Assembly: GCA_964367355.1 (NCBI GenBank)
Contig: CAYIWY010000008.1
Location: forward strand, 15,172-79,171
Direction: 5' to 3'
Length of the DNA: 64,000 nucleotides
From: an uncultured Gammaproteobacteria bacterium
GTDB taxonomy: Bacteria; Patescibacteriota; Microgenomatia; Woykebacterales; RBG-16-39-9b
A model generated the notes under the pieces. The model was not told where the DNA came from and did no database searches. It worked only from the letters and a program-made list of their open reading frames with translations. Each line of letters begins with the position of its first letter. Positions within the stretch are counted from its first letter, which is position 1. Made by a program: the position numbers and the translations under genes. Below, in pieces: positions 37,875-46,071 of the stretch.

Positions 37875-38870
37875 ATGTTTTGGCAGAGGGAGACGAGTCG
37901 TCGGCAGCTTTTGGCTGGAGGATTAACAGTAGGAGTAGGAGCGGCTGCGTATCTCATGGTTGGTTGTTCCCCCGAGAAAGAGAACCAGCCTTCAGTTACT
38001 CAACCAGATCAAGTTGCAGCGGAAAAAGCAGGTGATTACTTGATTAGTTGGTTGCGAACATGGCCTAGCCAAGGACCAAAGGCCTGGCATCCAGCAGCGG
38101 TTTCGAGTATTTTTGCACTATCGTTAGCTGGTCGTGAAAAGGAAGTGGTTTTTGCCGATGGGGCTAGTGTCGATCTTTTTCTCAGTCGGGCACCTATCAC
38201 CCAAAAGGATCTTTTAAAGGCAACAACAGTTCTCGATCAAATTGCCTACATTGATTTGTCACGCGGACGACTTCCCGACTGGAAAACCCGCGAAAAGTAT
38301 TTAGCCGCGGCTATCAAGCGTGACATGCTGGATGGTAGAAACGCAGCCATGCTCTATTCGATAGCTCTGAACCGTTGGTCGCAAATTAGTGGTTACGGAA
38401 ACAGCGAGCTAACCGAAAATTTGCTTGAAAGAGTTTCGGTCAACCGTCAGATTAATGGTTGGTGTACCAATCAGGCTAGTTTGGAACAGGCAGATCAGTT
38501 GCCGAATGTTGATACCAACGCAATGGCAGTATTGGTGGGTGCAGCACCAATCAGCTTGCTTGAACTTGGCCGTCAAGGATCAGGTTGGCGTCACTTTGTC
38601 GATGACCCCGACCCAAGAGTAGAAGAAAATCTTGAGAGTACAGTAGCCGTGGGTTGGGCGAGAGGTCTTGGGAAGGAGAGTTTGGGGTTCGTTTTGGGAC
38701 TGCAAACAGTAGACGGAAGCTTCAAACACAGCCGTTCGGATCCAAAGGGTTATCCTGGTCCAACAGCCGAAGCACTGGCCTATTTTGCCTCACGAACGCA
38801 CCCGATCTTTGGTAAGTTATCAGGCAACCAACTTTCTCGAAAGGAGAGTTGGTTGCTTACTACTTGCTAA
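37875..38870 (+). CDS. twin-arginine (SRRQLL) signal lipoprotein-like protein with alpha/alpha-toroid-type repeats
   Basis: TSRRQLLAGG...LMVGCS (Tat motif plus lipobox-like Cys). QINGW and QTVDGSF repeats. Confidence 0.5.
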   Translation: MFWQRETSRRQLLAGGLTVGVGAAAYLMVGCSPEKENQPSVTQPDQVAAEKAGDYLISWLRTWPSQGPKAWHPAAVSSIFALSLAGREKEVVFADGASVDLFLSRAPITQKDLLKATTVLDQIAYIDLSRGRLPDWKTREKYLAAAIKRDMLDGRNAAMLYSIALNRWSQISGYGNSELTENLLERVSVNRQINGWCTNQASLEQADQLPNVDTNAMAVLVGAAPISLLELGRQGSGWRHFVDDPDPRVEENLESTVAVGWARGLGKESLGFVLGLQTVDGSFKHSRSDPKGYPGPTAEALAYFASRTHPIFGKLSGNQLSRKESWLLTTC

Positions 38871-38889
38871 AAATTGATAATCGAAGGAG

Positions 38890-39324
38890 GTGAATTTAAT
38901 TATGAAATCAATTCAAAAGAACATAGTCCTAGTTATAATTGCTGCTTTAATGATTTTAGGTGGTGGTTTTCTTTACCTTGATCAAAATAGAGTGAGCGAA
39001 ACCAAAAAAACTACAGTGACCGAGCAAAAGAAAGCAGTTGCTACTAATGTTTCAATCAAAGCTGATGGTCAAGAAAAGAAATACGAAGTTGAAAACTCTG
39101 TTGGTAAAACCGCACTTGAGGTTACCAAAAATGCGACGAGCGATGTTAAAATGACTGGTGAGGGAGAAAATGCCTTTATTACCGCAATTAATGGCCGAGA
39201 AGCTTCAAGTACAAAAAAGGAATTTTGGAAATTGGTTATTAACGGTAAAGATAGTGAGGTTGGAGCCGGGAGTTACACTGTAAAAGAAGGTGACTCTGTA
39301 GGTTGGGAAATTGCTACTTATTAA
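38890..39324 (+). CDS. DUF4430-domain protein (membrane-anchored)
   Basis: N-terminal TM. C-terminal GEGENAFITAINGREAS...FWKLVINGKDSEVGAGSYTVKEGDSVGWE matches the DUF4430 pattern. Confidence 0.5.
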   Translation: MNLIMKSIQKNIVLVIIAALMILGGGFLYLDQNRVSETKKTTVTEQKKAVATNVSIKADGQEKKYEVENSVGKTALEVTKNATSDVKMTGEGENAFITAINGREASSTKKEFWKLVINGKDSEVGAGSYTVKEGDSVGWEIATY

Positions 39325-39403
39325 TCTTGATATATAATTAATTAGTACTAAACTATCAGCCAGTCGGCTGACCTGCCCAATTATTACTAAGAAAGAGTTA
39401 TAA

Positions 39404-39955
39404 ATGCAGAAAGTTTTTGAAAAATTATCAAATCCAGTAATATTTGTCCTCGTTGCCGCAATCTTGCGTTTAGTGCCACATCTGCCAAACTTTGCACCGA
39501 TTAGTGCCATGGCTCTTTTTGGCGGTGCTTACTTGGGCCGGCGTTACGCTTTGGCATTACCGTTTTTGGCAATGGTTCTATCAGATCTGTTTATCGGTTT
39601 TGATAGCATCGCCTCTCGGGTAACAGTCTATGGGAGTTTTCTGCTAATCGGTTTGGTTGGTTTATGGTTGCGTAAACACCGCTCGTTCCAAAATATTGTA
39701 CTTGCGACTTTGGTATCATCAGTACTTTTCTTTGTGATTACCAACTTTGGAGTTTGGGCATTTGGAGTAATGTATCCAAAAACTTCATTTGGCCTTCTAG
39801 CTTGTTTTACCGCTGCGCTTCCGTTTTTCAGAAACACTATGGTCGGTGATATGTTTTATTCTGCCGTTTTCTTTGGCGGTTACGAGCTAGTTAGGAAACT
39901 TGCAACAAGTAACAATTTAGCTTTAGTATCTATTGGAGGAAAGAAAAATGACTAA
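39404..39955 (+). CDS. ECF-transporter S-component-like small polytopic membrane protein
   Basis: 183 aa with 5-6 TM, the size and topology of ECF S components. No A/T components nearby. Confidence 0.35.
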   Translation: MQKVFEKLSNPVIFVLVAAILRLVPHLPNFAPISAMALFGGAYLGRRYALALPFLAMVLSDLFIGFDSIASRVTVYGSFLLIGLVGLWLRKHRSFQNIVLATLVSSVLFFVITNFGVWAFGVMYPKTSFGLLACFTAALPFFRNTMVGDMFYSAVFFGGYELVRKLATSNNLALVSIGGKKND

Positions 39956-40184
39956 AAAAGAGAACTATGAAGTACGCGGTGAGGAAGTCCTAAAAAAGGT
40001 TAAGGAATTAATTAAAGAAGGCAATGTTCGCCGCATAATTATCAAAGATAAAAAAGATAAAGTACTGGTCGAATTTCCTTTGACAATTGGAGTAGTTGGA
40101 GCGGTTCTTGCCCCAGTTTTGGCTGCAGTGGGTGCAATCGCAGCTTTGGTGGCTGAGTGTACTATTTCGGTTGAGCGAGACTAG
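39948..40184 (+). CDS. DUF4342-domain protein
   Basis: GNVRRIIIKDKKDKVLVEFPLTIGVVGAVLAPVLAAVGAIAAL is the typical DUF4342 pattern. Confidence 0.5.
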   Translation: MTKKENYEVRGEEVLKKVKELIKEGNVRRIIIKDKKDKVLVEFPLTIGVVGAVLAPVLAAVGAIAALVAECTISVERD

Positions 40185-40295
40185 AAACAACACTAGTTGA
40201 CAAGTCAGCTTCAAAACCTATATAATCAAAACTTCGTGAAAATTAAACAACCCGGAAACGAGTTGTTTTCTTTTGGACAATAATCGGGAGGATTT

Positions 40296-40478
40296 GTGAG
40301 TCTAGAGCAGGGAAGTTTGTGGAAGATCGTCGAAGCGTTTAATCCGCTTTCGTTGTTTGTTGCAGGGGTGTATGGAGCCTATGCAATTGCTGCAGTCCAT
40401 GATAATGATTATGGACCCTCTAATATTATCGCTCTTACAGTAGAAGAAGAGTCAGATGAAGATGAGGACGCAGCTTAA
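40296..40478 (+). CDS. hypothetical small membrane protein with acidic tail
   Basis: 60 aa with one TM and a C-terminal EEESDEDEDAA. Confidence 0.35.
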   Translation: MSLEQGSLWKIVEAFNPLSLFVAGVYGAYAIAAVHDNDYGPSNIIALTVEEESDEDEDAA

Positions 40479-40522
40479 TTTGTGATCACGCGGTAACTCT
40501 CTGAGGAAGCCGTTTGGTCAAC

Positions 40523-40568
40523 GCCCACCATATATACGCGGGGATATATGGTGGGCCTTTTCTTTTCC
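40523..40568 (+). terminator. rho-independent terminator ending the riboswitch-controlled operon
   Basis: GCCCACCATATAT-acgcgggg-ATATATGGTGGGC perfect 13-bp stem followed by CTTTTCTTTTCC. Confidence 0.7.
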
Positions 40569-40594
40569 TCAAAACTTTCTGGTATACTTTTCTC

Positions 40595-41983
40595 ATGGCA
40601 AAACTAAATCAATATATGTTTCGTGAGTACGATATTCGTGGACGTGAAAGTGAAGAAGAGCTAAACAATAATTCAGTATATTTGATTGCAAAATCTTACG
40701 GGACGTTTCTTCGGAAAAGAGGAATCATTGAGTCAGTAGTCGGTCACGATAACCGCAAAAGTTCTGAAGATTTTTATGAACAGTCAGTCAAGGGACTGCG
40801 TGAAACTGGTATTAATGTTATAGGTTTTGGAGTTGGAACAACTCCAATGATGTATTGGGCCCAATACTATTTCAAGAGCAAAGGAGGTTTGATGGTTACA
40901 GCGAGTCACAACCCTGCTGGTTGGAATGGTGTAAAACTCGCGCTCGGATACTCTTACACATTAATTGGTGATGAAGTAAAAGAAATTCAACGTGTGGCCG
41001 AGAGTGAGGAGTTCGAAAGTGGAAATGGGACTTTTCGGGAGGAAAATATTCTTAATGCCTACATAAAAGACCTAGTTTCGCGGGCAAAACTTCATAAGAA
41101 GTTGAAGGTTTTAATCAACACTGCAAACGCAACAAGCGGTATTGTTTCCCCAAAAATGCTAAGAGATTTTGGTTGTGAGGTTGTCGAGCATAATACCAAC
41201 TTAGACCCGTCTTATCCAAATTATGTCCCCAACCCAGCGAATGTTGAAATGATGGAAGATACTGGAAAGATGGTGGTAAAGAATAATTGTGATGTTGGTC
41301 TTGCAATTGATGCTGATGGGGATCGAGTTGGTGTTACTGATGAAAAAGGAAATGTGATCTGGCCTGACCGCTATATAATTTTACTTTCTCGTTTAGTTTT
41401 AGAAAAACATCCTGGAGCGAAAATAATTTTCGATGTTAAGGTTTCCGAAAGTTTACCTGAGGATATCAAGGCTCATGGAGGCGTCCCAATAATGTGGAAA
41501 ACTGGCCATTCCTATATCAAGGAAAAGTTGCATGATGAAAAAGCTGCCTTTGCTGGTGAAATGAGTGGGCATATCTTTTTTGTCGAGGATTTCTATGGTT
41601 TTGATGATGCCAATTTTGCCGCCTTGAAGTTGCTAGAATATATTTCCAAACAAAAAGAACCTCTTTCAGAAATAATTAAGAAAACTCCTTATTATGTTTC
41701 AACCCCAACCTATCAGGCGCATTGTGGAGATGATGTTAAATATCAGGTTGTTGATAAATTAACGCAAGAATTCAAAAATGAAGGTTACAGGGTAGTTGAT
41801 ATTAATGGGGCGAGGGTTTACCTTGAAGATGGCTGGGGATTAGTTCGAGCTTCGTCAAACTTGCCAGCGCTGGTTATTCGTTTTGAGGCTAAGACCCAAG
41901 CTGGATTAGAAAAAATTGAAAAAATCTTTAAAGATAAGTTTTCTAAATACCCAGAAATTGGGATTGAATTGGAGTCAGCTTGA
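40595..41983 (+). CDS. phosphoglucomutase/phosphomannomutase family protein
   Basis: TASHNPAGWNGVK active-site Ser motif, GDGDRVGV metal loop. Start moved to MAKLNQ, downstream of the terminator. Confidence 0.8.
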   Translation: MAKLNQYMFREYDIRGRESEEELNNNSVYLIAKSYGTFLRKRGIIESVVGHDNRKSSEDFYEQSVKGLRETGINVIGFGVGTTPMMYWAQYYFKSKGGLMVTASHNPAGWNGVKLALGYSYTLIGDEVKEIQRVAESEEFESGNGTFREENILNAYIKDLVSRAKLHKKLKVLINTANATSGIVSPKMLRDFGCEVVEHNTNLDPSYPNYVPNPANVEMMEDTGKMVVKNNCDVGLAIDADGDRVGVTDEKGNVIWPDRYIILLSRLVLEKHPGAKIIFDVKVSESLPEDIKAHGGVPIMWKTGHSYIKEKLHDEKAAFAGEMSGHIFFVEDFYGFDDANFAALKLLEYISKQKEPLSEIIKKTPYYVSTPTYQAHCGDDVKYQVVDKLTQEFKNEGYRVVDINGARVYLEDGWGLVRASSNLPALVIRFEAKTQAGLEKIEKIFKDKFSKYPEIGIELESA

Positions 41984-42741
41984 TGCTTGAAACCGCAATC
42001 AAAGCAGCCAAACTCGCAGGTGAAAAACTCGAATACTATTTCGAAACAATTCTTGAGCACGAGGAGAAGGATGATAAATCCTTTGTGACCAAGGCTGATA
42101 CTGAAGCCGACCAAATAATTATTGATTTAATTAAGAAAAATTTTCCAGAACATCAGATTTTGACAGAAGAAAACGGTGTGATTGGTGGAGAAGCGGAATA
42201 CTTGTGGGTTATCGATCCACTGGATGGAACTTTAAATTTTACTCGCGGTTTGCCCATGTTTTCGACGTCGATTGCCGTTGTTAAAGAAAACGAACCAGTC
42301 GTTGCGGTTGTTTACAACCCTATTACAAACTCTCTTTTTACTGCTGAAAAGGGCAAAGGAGCTTTTTGGAACGGAGAAAAGATACAGGTTTCAGAAATAA
42401 ACAGCGTTGAAGAAGCAATTGTTTCGATGGGCAGGGCTCGCGATAGCGATAATAAAGAAAAAACGCTGGGAATTTATAATAAATTTTACCCAAAGCTAAA
42501 AAGCCAGAGAGTACTAGGGAGCGCAGCACTAGAACTTGCTTGGGTTGCTTCGGGGCGATTGGAAGGATTTGTTTCTGTTGGGCTAAAAAAATGGGATTGC
42601 TTTGCCGGAATATTATTGATTACAGAATCTGGTGGAAAGGTAACTGATTTTGTTGGCAAAAACTGGACAAGTGAAGAAACCCATTTTATCGCTTCGAACG
42701 GAAGAGTTCACGACAAACTAATTGAGATCATCTCAGCTTGA
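41980..42741 (+). CDS. inositol monophosphatase family protein
   Basis: WVIDPLDGT, metal-binding EE...DP.DGT..F motifs. Confidence 0.75.
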   Translation: MMLETAIKAAKLAGEKLEYYFETILEHEEKDDKSFVTKADTEADQIIIDLIKKNFPEHQILTEENGVIGGEAEYLWVIDPLDGTLNFTRGLPMFSTSIAVVKENEPVVAVVYNPITNSLFTAEKGKGAFWNGEKIQVSEINSVEEAIVSMGRARDSDNKEKTLGIYNKFYPKLKSQRVLGSAALELAWVASGRLEGFVSVGLKKWDCFAGILLITESGGKVTDFVGKNWTSEETHFIASNGRVHDKLIEIISA

Positions 42742-42759
42742 CAATGAAGCTAAATTTCC

Positions 42760-43815
42760 TTGATAATTAGTTCAATGTCTGCTGTTCAAAATATTTTTAA
42801 TAATCTCCTCTCTTCCGTCGAAAGCTGGACCCACTCATCAAAAGCCGCAGTTGTAATCACTTTATTTATTTTTGCTGCTATCCCCTTGACAGTTATTGGA
42901 CTCTTTAATTTAAGAAGTTTTACCCCAAGCGCCGCTGCTTCATTACCAACTAAGCTCTCTCCAAGCGGTACAATCCAAACTAATGCCCCGCTTTTCACCT
43001 GGGAATGCAACTGTACTGCAAACACCTATCGTCTGCAGTTAAAGGAAGGAGATAGTAATTTTGAAAACGGAAGTTGGCAAAAAGATGTGATTGGGATTAA
43101 GGGTGTGAATACAAGTCAGTATGGGGGTTGGAATTCGTTGAATTATCCAAAAGCGCCAGAAACATTAATAACCGGCAAAACATATTATTGGACCGTTGCT
43201 TGCTTGGATGGAAGTTGTAGTAAATCTAATCCGGTAAGTTTTTTGATTCAATCAAAGGACAAAGAGAAACCAACTGTTCCAGAGGGGTTAAAAATTACAG
43301 ATATGAGTCAGGATAGTTTTAATTTGGTTTGGAATCAAAGTTCCGATAATGTTCAAGTTTCTGGTTATCAAGTTTTAGAAGAACTTGGCGGCACTGCTCC
43401 AGACAAAAAAAATGTGATTACAAATTCTTTTCAAATAGCCCCGTACACCGGTTCCCAAAAGTACAGTTTTTCAGTTGCAGCGGTAGATGAAGCTGGTAAT
43501 GTTTCAAGTTTCTCCCAAAAACTTTCGTATATAGCACCAGATAAAGATTCTGATAAAGATGGATTTTTTGATTCGACTGAGATATATCTTGGTACGAGTG
43601 TGAATGTTGCCTGTCTGGGTCATTGGTCCTGGCCGCCAGATATGAATGATGATGGGATTGTTAACGACACAGATGTCCAAATAACTACACAAAATGTTGG
43701 TTTGGTAAGATCTTCAATTAGTAGTACAGCTTCGAGATATGATTTAGATCAAGATGGTACCATCACTCAAAAGGATGTAAGTATTGTCAGAAGTTATCTT
43801 GGAAAAAAGTGCTAA
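42760..43815 (+). CDS. secreted protein with fibronectin-III-like domain and C-terminal dockerin-like Ca-binding repeats
   Basis: Signal/TM. Asp-rich repeats DKDSDKDGFFDSTE, DMNDDGIVNDTD, DLDQDGTITQKD (EF-hand/dockerin-type). Confidence 0.5.
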   Translation: MIISSMSAVQNIFNNLLSSVESWTHSSKAAVVITLFIFAAIPLTVIGLFNLRSFTPSAAASLPTKLSPSGTIQTNAPLFTWECNCTANTYRLQLKEGDSNFENGSWQKDVIGIKGVNTSQYGGWNSLNYPKAPETLITGKTYYWTVACLDGSCSKSNPVSFLIQSKDKEKPTVPEGLKITDMSQDSFNLVWNQSSDNVQVSGYQVLEELGGTAPDKKNVITNSFQIAPYTGSQKYSFSVAAVDEAGNVSSFSQKLSYIAPDKDSDKDGFFDSTEIYLGTSVNVACLGHWSWPPDMNDDGIVNDTDVQITTQNVGLVRSSISSTASRYDLDQDGTITQKDVSIVRSYLGKKC

Positions 43816-43860
43816 TCTCTTGAACTACCATCTTTTTTCCGTCATTATTAACTAACAGCT

Positions 43861-44964
43861 ATGATTTCCATTGCCCTAAGAAATCTTTTTGGTGAAAAAA
43901 CCCGTCTTTTGATCTCCATCGGGGGTGTAGCCTTTAGCGTCATGTTGATTCTTATCATCCTTTCCCTCTATCGCGGTTGGCAAATTAAATCAACAGAATA
44001 CATTCGGAATGTTGGTAACGATATTTGGGTGACCCAGGCAAATTCAGCTGACATGAATACCAGCGCTTCGATTATTCCGACTTCAATGGACGGACAAATA
44101 GAAAAAATAGATGGGGTCAAAGAAATCTACCGTTTTATCGGAAAACCCTTGCAAGTTCAGATCAAAGATAAAACAGTTAATATGTATGTTGTCGGATATG
44201 ATATTAATAAAAAAATTTCTGGTCCGAAAAAGATTGTAGCGGGTCGGGGTAACCCAACGGGTAATGAAATTGTTTTAGATCAGGTTCTAGCCAGTAGTCA
44301 CAAAATTTCCCTTGGGGACTATATTACTATTTTTAGTACCCCGTTTGAGGTTGTTGGAATTACGCAAGGAGCAAATATGTTTCTTTTTCAGTTTGCCTTT
44401 ATTGAGCAGAAGAAAGCAGCCGAAATTTTTAAGATGGATAATTTGGCAACATATTATTTAGTAAACGCCGAAAGCTCAAAAATAGATAATGTTGTTTCGG
44501 AAATAAAAAATATTTCAGGTATTGATGCTCTAACAACCAAGGATTTCGCCCAAAAAAATAAAGAAACAATCGATGAAGTTTTCGTTCCGATCATACTTGT
44601 TTTAGTCGCCATAAGTATTTTGGTTGGTACTGCAGTAATTGGTTTAACGATTTATACTGCAACTGTTGAAAAATCAAGGGAGTTTGGTGTTCTTAAGGCT
44701 TTGGGGGGATCAAATATGCAGATTTACCGAATTATTTTTGAGCAAGCATTAGTTAGTGGTTTAATTGGATACTTTTTAGGGGTTGGTTTAACATATTTTG
44801 TCTTATGGTTAATTCCACAATATGTGTCGGTTTTTGTCACAGTTACTCTGGTAGGAGATTTAATTATGGTTTTTGTAATTTCAATGATAATGAGTTTAGT
44901 AGCGTCTTATACTCCAGTCCGAAGAATAGTGAAAATTGATCCGGCGTTAGTATTTAAATCTTAG
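43861..44964 (+). CDS. ABC transporter permease (FtsX/MacB-like)
   Basis: N-terminal TM, large periplasmic loop, three C-terminal TM. Confidence 0.7.
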   Translation: MISIALRNLFGEKTRLLISIGGVAFSVMLILIILSLYRGWQIKSTEYIRNVGNDIWVTQANSADMNTSASIIPTSMDGQIEKIDGVKEIYRFIGKPLQVQIKDKTVNMYVVGYDINKKISGPKKIVAGRGNPTGNEIVLDQVLASSHKISLGDYITIFSTPFEVVGITQGANMFLFQFAFIEQKKAAEIFKMDNLATYYLVNAESSKIDNVVSEIKNISGIDALTTKDFAQKNKETIDEVFVPIILVLVAISILVGTAVIGLTIYTATVEKSREFGVLKALGGSNMQIYRIIFEQALVSGLIGYFLGVGLTYFVLWLIPQYVSVFVTVTLVGDLIMVFVISMIMSLVASYTPVRRIVKIDPALVFKS

Positions 44965-45807
44965 ATGAAATTTGAACAACCAGAAGTTTTGAAAATTGAA
45001 AAAGTTTCAAAAGTCTACGGAGTAGGCAATATCGAGGTTCGGGCTGTTGACAGCGTAGATTTGGTCGCAAAAAGCGGTGAAATCGTATTAATCATGGGTC
45101 CTTCTGGAAGTGGAAAAACCACTCTTATCACTATGGCTGGAGCTTTGTTAAAACCAACTACCGGGGAAATATATATTGATGGTGAGAATATAGTAACAAT
45201 GTCAGAGAAATCTCGGATAAATATTCGCCGTCATAAAATTGGATTTATTTTCCAGGCCTTTAATCTCTTATCCAATCTCTCGGCATTGGAGAATGTTTTG
45301 GTTCCACTTGGTCTTGTTGGCGTTAAAAGAGAAATTGCCAGAAAAAAAGCAGAAGGTTTGCTTTCAACCTTTGATCTTTCAGAAAGAGCACGTTTTATTC
45401 CCGAAAAACTTTCCGGAGGAGAAAAGCAGAGAGTTTCAATTGCCAGAGCTATGGCCAACGATCCCAAGCTTATTTTAGCGGATGAACCAACTGCCAATCT
45501 GGATTCGCAACGTGGGCGTGAAGTCATGCGGCTTTTGAAATCAGTCGCCAAAAATATGGGTAAAACAGTAGTAATCGTTAGTCACGACCAAAGATTGATG
45601 GAAATAGCTGATCGGATTTTGTGGCTAGAAGACGGACGATTTAAAGATATGGAAAGTTTAGAAACAGATCCCAATTGTGGCGCACAGGTGATTGATAAAG
45701 CAGCAACAGCTACCCTGTCTTACCGCGGGAAAAAATATTTCTTTTGCTCAGGGGGGTGTAAAAAAGAATATATCGAGAAAAATAGGATTCCTGCGAATTA
45801 TTACTAA
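44965..45807 (+). CDS. ABC transporter ATP-binding protein with C-terminal YHS/TRASH-like metal-binding domain
   Basis: Walker A GPSGSGKTT, LSGGEKQRVSIARA, ILADEPT. C-terminal DPNCGAQV...YRGKKYFFCSGGCKKEY. Confidence 0.75.
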   Translation: MKFEQPEVLKIEKVSKVYGVGNIEVRAVDSVDLVAKSGEIVLIMGPSGSGKTTLITMAGALLKPTTGEIYIDGENIVTMSEKSRINIRRHKIGFIFQAFNLLSNLSALENVLVPLGLVGVKREIARKKAEGLLSTFDLSERARFIPEKLSGGEKQRVSIARAMANDPKLILADEPTANLDSQRGREVMRLLKSVAKNMGKTVVIVSHDQRLMEIADRILWLEDGRFKDMESLETDPNCGAQVIDKAATATLSYRGKKYFFCSGGCKKEYIEKNRIPANYY

Positions 45808-46071
45808 ATGCAGTAATCCTGCGAGCAAGAACTCTAAGGATTCCCGCAAACTATTTCTAGCACTAATCCTGCGAATCGGAATTCCTTAGGATTCCCGAAA
45901 ATTACTACTAACGAAGTTTGAAGTTCTTACTTATTAATCTTCGACAATCCTGCGAATCAGAATTTTTCATATCCCCGCGAGCTACTAATTTTGAGCAACT
46001 CAAAATTTGCAGAGAGCAGAGCGATCTTAGATTTCTTAATTACAGAGCGCGAAGCGATCTATTTCTGAACA
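45786..46071. repeat. cluster of short direct repeats (AATCCTGCGA x4, AGGATTCCCG x2, AGAGCR..AGCGATCT x2)
   Basis: Seen directly in the convergent intergenic region. Spacing is irregular (29, 49 and 80 nt). Confidence 0.5.

Noticed and set aside
40514-40594. Upstream start (MVNAHHIYAG...) for the phosphoglucomutase-family gene
   Set aside because: That extension reads straight through a perfect 13-bp-stem terminator (40523-40568). The conserved N-terminus begins at MAKLNQYMFREYDIRG (40595).
45786-46071. Possible CRISPR array suggested by the recurring AATCCTGCGA motif
   Set aside because: Repeats are only ~10 bp. Spacing is irregular (29/49/80 nt). A second, unrelated repeat type is interleaved. 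No cas genes nearby.
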